Of a DNA stretch of 17,000 nt, positions 13,911 through 17,000 are shown piece after piece; the stretch's first letter is position 1, and each line of letters begins with the position of its first letter. A model generated the notes under the pieces. It did no database searches and was not told the origin of the DNA. It saw only the letters and a list, made by a program, of their open reading frames with translations. Location of the stretch: positions 1,814,961-1,831,960 of the forward strand of contig NZ_CM001976.1 of NCBI RefSeq assembly GCF_000406145.1. Direction: 5' to 3'. Position numbers and translations under genes: made by a program. Source of the DNA: Dickeya dadantii NCPPB 898 (lineage in GTDB: Bacteria; Pseudomonadota; Gammaproteobacteria; Enterobacterales; Enterobacteriaceae).

Positions 13911-15711
13911 TCTACTTGCCGTGCGCCTATTGAACCGTATGCGAGAGGAGGGCCTCGATCTTCCATTAGCCTCTTTATTCACCACCCCAATACTGTGTGA
14001 TTTGGCCATGGTTATCGGTCCGCCTTCTTTTACCCAGTCAAGTTCTCCCTTTGATGCTAATCCGGTACCATTAAGACCAGAAGGCAGTTTACGGCCTTTA
14101 TTCTTGGTACACGAGACCTCTGGTGATCCACTGGTTTATTCGCCGCTGGCAGCCTTACTTCCATCTGAATTACCCGTCTACGTATTACAGGCTATAGGTA
14201 TTCAGAATGTAGCTACTGTACCCGAATCGATTGAGGCACTTGCAGCCTGCCATATCCAGGCCATTCGTCGAGTCCAGCCTCAAGGACCTTACCGCTTTGC
14301 TGGATGGTCAATGGGAGGTGTCGTCGCCTACGAGATAACTGTACAACTGCTTCAGAGTGGTGAGCGTGTCGAGTTCCTCGGTATGATCGATTCCTGTAAC
14401 CACAAAGGACTGGATACAAACCATCTTCAATCGTGTGATGCTCAACAGGTCTCTCGTGAAATGTTCATTAAAGCGTTGGTTGAAAACTTTGATGTCAGCG
14501 TCGAGCAAGTGACAGGGTTGTGTCAGATCGCGGATCTCGATCAATTGGTGGATCGTTGTATTGAGCTTTCCTATCTCCCTGCAGATATTTCACGTGAGGA
14601 TGTTTTAGTGCGTATCAATACCATTGAAACCCTGACACGCCTGTTACAGCGTTATACACCATCAGCATCACAGGTTCCTATCTACCTTTATACAGCGGAA
14701 GAGGCATTGAGTGACGATGTTTGGAGGGGTTGGCGTGATCTTGTGGATAGTCATTCTCAGCTTCGCTCTATAGGAGGAACCCATGGATCAATCATGCGCC
14801 AGCCCTTACTAAGTCAATTGGCTGATGCCATAAGAGAAGATTTGCTGCCGAAGCATGGCTATAATCCGTGCGTTATCATTCAGCGTGGCTCACCATCTCG
14901 CCTTCCACTGTTTTGTATCCCAGGTGCCGGGGCTAGTGCTTTCAGCCTGCTGGAACTGGCTTTGTCGTTGCCAGCGTCGTTGCCGGTCCATGCCCTGGAG
15001 GCGCCAGGTCTGGCTGATGCGCGGATAGCACCGTATAACAGTGTTGAAAGCTATGCGCGAGCTTATACGCAAAAGATCCGTCAGACGCAGGCTCACGGAC
15101 CTTATCATCTCCTCGGCCATTCCTTTGGGGGCTGGATCGCCTTTGAAATCGCTCTTCAACTGCAAGAACATGGGGAAAGCGTTGCTAATTTGATGCTAAT
15201 TGATAGCGAAGCCCCTGACCCTCAGGGGAGGCCGTCCAAGTCTGTCGACCGTGTTGAGACGCTGATGAAGTTGATTGAGATTTATAATATGACGCTCGAT
15301 CAACCGCTTGGGCTTGTTCGAGAGGATTTTAAGGGCCGAGATGCAGATGCGCAGCTGCAGTTTTTGTTTGCGGTGCTGAAAGGAGCCGGGCTTTTCCCTG
15401 AAAATGCCCAAATCACACTGTTGCAAGGTATCGTCCAAGTGATGCAGGCTAATTTGAATAGCAGTTACACCCCGAGAGCGCGCTTTCATGGTCAGGTTCA
15501 TCTGGTCAGTGCTATGGACAGTGACAGGAGGGAGCGACAAGGCATGGAGTCGGGCTGGAGGAAGCATGTCGAAGAACTGGGGACGCTGGTGGTACCGGGT
15601 AACCATATGACGATGCTATTGAGGCCTAATATAGAGTCGCTGGCAGGTTATTTGTGGCTGCGGCTGGACACAGCCAGTAACTCGGGGATCGTAGGGAAAA
15701 GTTATAAATAG
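13567..15711 (+). CDS. NRPS segment 3: A2 C-terminus (A9-A10)-T2-TE1-TE2; meaningful coding begins at about 13639
   Basis: From [40 protein letters not shown] onward it matches the module-1 sequence. The first ~24 codons ([22 protein letters not shown]) are the wrong frame of A2. Confidence 0.8.
   Translation: [714 protein letters not shown]
13798..14010 (+). other. T2: peptidyl carrier domain
   Basis: [73 protein letters not shown]. Ser codon at 13909-13911. Confidence 0.85.
14089..14850 (+). other. TE1: thioesterase domain
   Basis: [23 protein letters not shown] (Ser codon 14308-14310). LGMIDS (Asp candidate). GGTHGSIM (His candidate). Confidence 0.8.
14902..15660 (+). other. TE2: second thioesterase domain
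   Basis: [26 protein letters not shown] (Ser codon 15121-15123). LMLIDSEAP (Asp candidate). VPGNHMTML (His candidate). Confidence 0.8.
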
Positions 15712-15843
15712 GCTATTGCCCGATTCAGGTGACCTTAACAGGCGAGCCATAATTTTGTCCTTTTATAGTCCAGTCGCTGTCAGACTTGTGTCTTTAACTG
15801 GCTGTATTTAAAGACGCTGTCCTGCTGCTGTCCCATCAAATAT

Positions 15844-16101
15844 GCTGGGGGGGAGTTGAACTCGCTGCCCCGGGGAACCGGCAACATGGCGATCGTATTA
15901 TCCTTGCCGGACGTGACAGCTTGCAGGATTCGGTCAGTCAGACGGGACAAGAGCTCACCCGGCGTAACCTCGATATTCAGCCGACACTGACCGAACGGCC
16001 AGGTCTGCCGGTTCGTATCATCGTCAATCGGGATTTGGTGTTAAGGCCGTATCAGCCGCTGTTTTTTAATCAGGGGAGTGCGAACTGAATGGGGAATGGA
16101 C
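15844..16101 (+). repeat. right copy of direct repeat (trbI 3' end)
   Basis: 15858-16101 matches 7117-7360 with 14 mismatches in 244 nt and no gaps. Confidence 0.95.
15858..16088 (+). pseudogene. trbI: second, shorter trbI 3' fragment (last ~76 codons + stop)
   Basis: Translates ELAAPGNRQHGDRIILAGRDSLQDSVSQTGQELTRRNLDIQPTLTERPGLPVRIIVNRDLVLRPYQPLFFNQGSAN*, nearly identical to the end of the 6796-7347 fragment. It has no start codon and no upstream trbI sequence. Confidence 0.85.
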
Positions 16102-16141
16102 AAGAAGGAACGGAGCAGGGGGGCCTGAATCCTAGGGGTGT

Positions 16142-16453
16142 TTATCTGGAACGGTAGCGTGCCGACACATCCCGGGCGGTATGCAATAGTCGCAAGATAT
16201 GTACGTCGCCGCTGTGGCGTTTCAGCGCATAGACCAAAATAAACGGGAGCCGGGTCAGCACCAGTTTACGTCGTTCTCCCGACTTCCCTATGCTGACGCC
16301 CGCTTCCGGGGTGGTTTCCAGCAGCGCCACTGCGGCGGCGAATTTGTCATCGGTGGCATTGGCGACCTCCAGTCCCGCGTTCTGGTACAGGTAACGGTAA
16401 ATGTCTTCGCGGTCAGCGATAGCTTGCCTTTCCCAACGAACGGTTGCCGTCAC
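16142..16453 (-). CDS. type II toxin, ParE/RelE superfamily
   Basis: 103 aa: (M)TATVRWERQAIADREDIYRYL...LPFILVYALKRHSGDVHILRLLHTARD, typical ParE/RelE size and C-terminal I.R.LH..RD pattern. The GTG start overlaps the upstream stop (GTGA). Confidence 0.75.
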   Translation of the reverse strand: MTATVRWERQAIADREDIYRYLYQNAGLEVANATDDKFAAAVALLETTPEAGVSIGKSGERRKLVLTRLPFILVYALKRHSGDVHILRLLHTARDVSARYRSR

Positions 16454-16734
16454 AGTTCCCCCCGGGCGGCTTGCGCTTTCAGCGCCGCCATACGTTGACT
16501 GGCCTCGTCATTGCTGATGAACTGGGCCTCACCGGCATCGTAACGGGCGAAGGCTTCCTGAATTTTTGCTTCCAGCCATTCATCACCGGTATGGCGCTGA
16601 TACTGTCGCTCTTCCTCGGCCAGTTCTTCCGCACGCTGGCGCATCAGTTCGGTAAGACTGACCTGCTGACGCTCAGCAGCCTTCATGGCCAGACGTTTGG
16701 TTTCCTCGTCAATTCTGAAGTGTATTGTCCCCAT
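16450..16734 (-). CDS. type II antitoxin, ribbon-helix-helix (ParD/DinJ-like)
   Basis: 94 aa. The N-terminal TIHFRIDEETKRLAMKAAERQQVSLTELMRQ looks like an RHH strand-helix-helix. It lies upstream of the toxin and is translationally coupled to it. Confidence 0.65.
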   Translation of the reverse strand: MGTIHFRIDEETKRLAMKAAERQQVSLTELMRQRAEELAEEERQYQRHTGDEWLEAKIQEAFARYDAGEAQFISNDEASQRMAALKAQAARGEL

Positions 16735-17000
16735 AACCGCCTCCGATAGATTGTATGTGTTGTCACTTGTGGTGTCATTTTATCCAATCTCGTCAGTTTT
16801 TGCTGCTTTTTTGAAGGGAGAACCGCCTTTACTGGTGCCGTAAAAAGCTTGTCGAATTCTAAGGATCACAGTGGCGGTTTTGTTGTAGAGGCTAAATAGC
16901 TGCGGCTAATACCGCTACACCTACCGTTTACTGACATGTGGCATGTTGCGTAAGGGCAACACATCCGAGGCCTTATGTAGAACAGCCAGACAGAGAAAAC

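Larger units (their letters stand above)
7619..15711 (+). pseudogene. bimodular nonribosomal peptide synthetase, C-A-T-C-A-T-TE-TE, one reading frame interrupted by two +1 frameshifts (about 2,696 codons if repaired)
   Basis: There are three consecutive ORFs whose ends fall inside single domains (T1 and A2). All NRPS core motifs are present (details in the domain entries). AGGAG at 7607-7611 lies 7 nt before the ATG at 7619. Confidence 0.85.

Noticed and set aside
15790-15815. Hairpin GTCTTTAA-N10-TTAAAGAC downstream of the NRPS stop, considered as a terminator.
   Set aside because: The stem is AT-rich with no following U-tract, so the evidence is insufficient to call an intrinsic terminator.

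Overview
The window has two parts. Positions 1-6382 look like ordinary Enterobacterales-type chromosome. They hold a CGNR zinc-finger regulator, a TetR regulator with a DUF1348/NTF2-like protein, a secreted HSL-family esterase, a frameshifted class-I glutamine amidotransferase with a divergent AraC regulator, cyanase cynS, and a 5'-truncated carbonic anhydrase cynT. Positions 6383-17000 are a decayed conjugative-element (Trb/P-type T4SS) remnant: a trbF 3' fragment, a trbG 5' piece fused to a trbI 3' piece, a second trbI 3' end, and a ParE/RelE-RHH toxin-antitoxin pair. This remnant carries an 8.1-kb bimodular NRPS reading frame, C-A-T-C-A-T-TE-TE. My hand-extracted specificity codes are DVQFVAHVVK (Pro-like) and DILQLGLIWK (canonical Gly). 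The NRPS sits directly behind an IS3-family orfA fragment. It is bracketed by direct repeats of the trbI 3' end (244-nt gap-free core, 14 mismatches). Two +1 frameshifts split it into three ORFs. The most unusual signal is inside the NRPS: the two A domains share near-identical GC-rich N- and C-terminal portions (about 98.5% and 96.5% identity) but carry unrelated AT-richer specificity cores. That is a natural A-subdomain swap with sharp compositional junctions. I recognised no rRNA, tRNA or CRISPR array. All homology calls come from reading the translations and from memory of family motifs; no database search was run.
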